The notes under the pieces: generated by a model | What the model saw: the letters and a program-made list of their open reading frames with translations, nothing else | Told to the model about the DNA's origin: nothing | The model's database searches: none | Position numbers and translations under genes: made by a program | Source: Zootoca vivipara | Lineage: Eukaryota | Reading direction: 5' to 3' | NCBI RefSeq assembly: GCF_963506605.1 | Contig: NC_083287.1 | Location: forward strand, 37,448,001 to 37,512,000 | DNA: 64,000 nt | Shown here: one piece after another, positions 61,584 to 64,000 of the stretch | Numbering within the stretch: position 1 is the first letter of the stretch | Layout of the letters: each line of letters opens with the position of its first letter

Positions 61584-64000
61584 TAATATTTTGTTTCCAG
61601 GACTTTATGTGTTAAAAGCAATCTCCTGTTACGAGACGAGTGTGAGACTGAGCCATCCATGGCAATTTAAAGCAGCATCATTAGGTGTTTCAAATGTGTG
61701 GTGTGAATGTGGCTCAAGTTGGGATAACACCCAATAAAAAGGATCAGGCTGGACATATCTGAACTAATCCAGCAACTCTTCCCAGGATTCAGCCTTACAA
61801 TTTGGGTGCAACAGAAGAGCTGAGCTGCTCTCCCAGGCTCAGCAATAAGACCAAGTCTGAGAGCTGCAATTCATTCCATTTTAACACACAAGATGGCACC
61901 AAAGAACCATTTTAGCCCTATAGGAGTTCGTGTGCTGTTTGAGAGCAGTTTAAGTAACAGTCATCATTGCCATCCTGGTTCCAGCTTGACAGATAAGTTT
62001 TCATGCTGTACAGAGCTCTTTGGCATAGAGGAAGTGAGCTAATGCTGGTTTAAATTTTTGCAAGCACTGGTGGTTTTGCTTTGTAATCTCAGATCCCTGC
62101 TGTTATGCTCAATTAGCAGCATCCCCAGTCATGTTTGGACATGCCCCAACTCCAAGAAACAGACAGTTGTCCAACCATAATGGGTGGGATCCAATGATGA
62201 CTGCTGAAGAGAGACACTCTATGCCAACAGAACAGAATTGTTTTCCTCTCCCCTGCAGCATCCTGGGGTTGGGGGACCCTCTGGAGTTGATTTAGTTGGG
62301 GCACAGGGGAGGGGTTTTTGTCCAGTCTATATGTTTCCAATGAGAAACTGCCTGTGCAAATAACAGAAATTAAAAAGGCTGAATCATACAATCATAAATG
62401 AACATATTACAAATAGCTGAAGAAACAAGTGCAAAATGTATGAAGACATAATAGTACAAAGTAGTAAGGTAAACTGCTAATAATGCATCACTAAAGAGTA
62501 TACAAAATTTTGCAAAAGATCAGCATACAGCAGTCTAGTTGTCCAACTTTTGCAAAGGTCAATAATAATCAATGAGGAAATGTTCAGATAACCCATTTCA
62601 GGTCTTACAAATGTGAAATACATTAATTAGAGGGATTGTAGTGCATATAATTAGTGCTGAGAAGAGACAACTTTCCTTTGGTGTGTAAGCTACTGTGATC
62701 GAAACCTGCCAAAAATATTACACAGCTTCAACATTTGGAATTCAAAGAACAAAATATTTCTTTGTTGCTTTCAAAGATACTGTGTTTCTACTCCTGAGCA
62801 GTCGGTAGAATCAGCTTTAAGTGCGACTGCTAGAGGACAGTGTCCTCTTAGCCCAGAGCTGATAGCCTAATGCTGTTGATGTACATCAGGGCATATGACT
62901 GAGCTAGTCAGTTTGAAACCAGATCTACATCTGATTGGCCTGCCCTAATCCCTACTTAAAAATCTGAATCCATGCCAGTCCTTGGAACAGTTCCAGCCTG
63001 GATCAAGCTTTCTTGTCTAAAGTGCATACCAATCAATTTGGAAATCCCATTCGATACATATGTTTGTGTGCTTAGTATTTCACTATTAAAACAGTGAAAG
63101 TAGTTTGAAAGGAAGAGAAAATTGTGCAAGTGGCCCATCAGCCTAGGATGTGTCTGTTGATGAGGAGCAGACCAGATTTTTCTAATGACAGCTATTCACT
63201 CTGAAGTGGACTGAAACATGCCAAGCATCTGATCCTAATGACGCCAAGCAGCCATGGCATCGTTCCAAGAGGAAAGGAAAACCCAGTGTGAGAAATAACC
63301 GGCAGAGGGATGGCAAATTAGGACACAAGCTGCACAGACCTGCACAGCATCCAAAATGAATGCTGGCACCATACAAAGAGGGCACTGGATTCTCACCCAT
63401 TCCCAGAGGCTTCATATGCCAGCTCAGAAGGCTTGCCCCGACCAAAGCCACATCGCCTGAATGAACAGGTGCAGCCCCACCCAAACAACAACATTAGAGG
63501 ACAAAGGAGAACAAATAAGCATTAAATCCAACCGCAGTGCTACTCATCCTAGTAATCAGAGACAGGTGGCATTGGCTAATTCTGCCAGCCACAGGACCCC
63601 CTGGCTGCACATATTGGTAGGGTATAAGCTGCTATTAAATTGATGTTACTTGCAGTCACTACTAAGTTATGTGGCACAGCATATCAAATACAATAAACAA
63701 ATAATTTCATTTGTATGCCGCCTTTCCAAAGTTAAGACTGTGCTCAAGGCGGCTTACAACGTACAAAAAAAATACGCAAGTCCAAACATTACAAAAGTAG
63801 CCATAAACAATAAACACGACGTCAAAAAGTACACAACCTGAACCTTTTTTAAAAATAAATAAATAAAAATGCATTGATTTAGACCCTGCTTAAGATACGT
63901 TGTAACCAAATTTGGCACAATGGTCCCTAAGGTCAATAAGCAGTTTCCTGACTAGATTTGGACACCATTTTGAAACTAAATAACAAGCTCAGTCTTTCAA

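Overview
Vertebrate genomic DNA from a squamate, probably a lacertid lizard (inferred from Sauria SINEs, a Squam3-like SINE and BovB LINEs). Two + strand genes were rebuilt by hand from GT-AG splice sites with continuous reading frame. ARMC3: the last 15 coding exons (948..35661, about 770 codons; armadillo repeats, charged linker, C-terminal EDR1/CTR1-like domain); its 5' exons lie outside the window. MSRB2: complete, 5 exons (46927..57358, 195 aa, mitochondrial methionine-R-sulfoxide reductase) with a CpG-island promoter. The ARMC3-MSRB2 order matches mammals. Introns and intergenic DNA hold three BovB copies, four Sauria SINEs, a Rex1/Babar fragment, CR1 and L2 fragments, a solo LTR and many hAT and Tc1/mariner-type MITEs with readable target-site duplications (TSDs). 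The less obvious observations are: a decayed Myb/SANT-like gene with a possible convergent transposase remnant (fossil PIF/Harbinger element) in an ARMC3 intron, missed by the ORF track; inverted young SINEs bracketing MSRB2 exons 2-4; loss of a conserved Arg and of resolving-Cys positions in MSRB2; a near-perfect ~190-bp triplication; and several nested or rearranged TEs. I found no convincing wholly new biological system. Most ORFs in the track are spurious or TE-derived. Family names are from recalled consensus motifs, not database searches.
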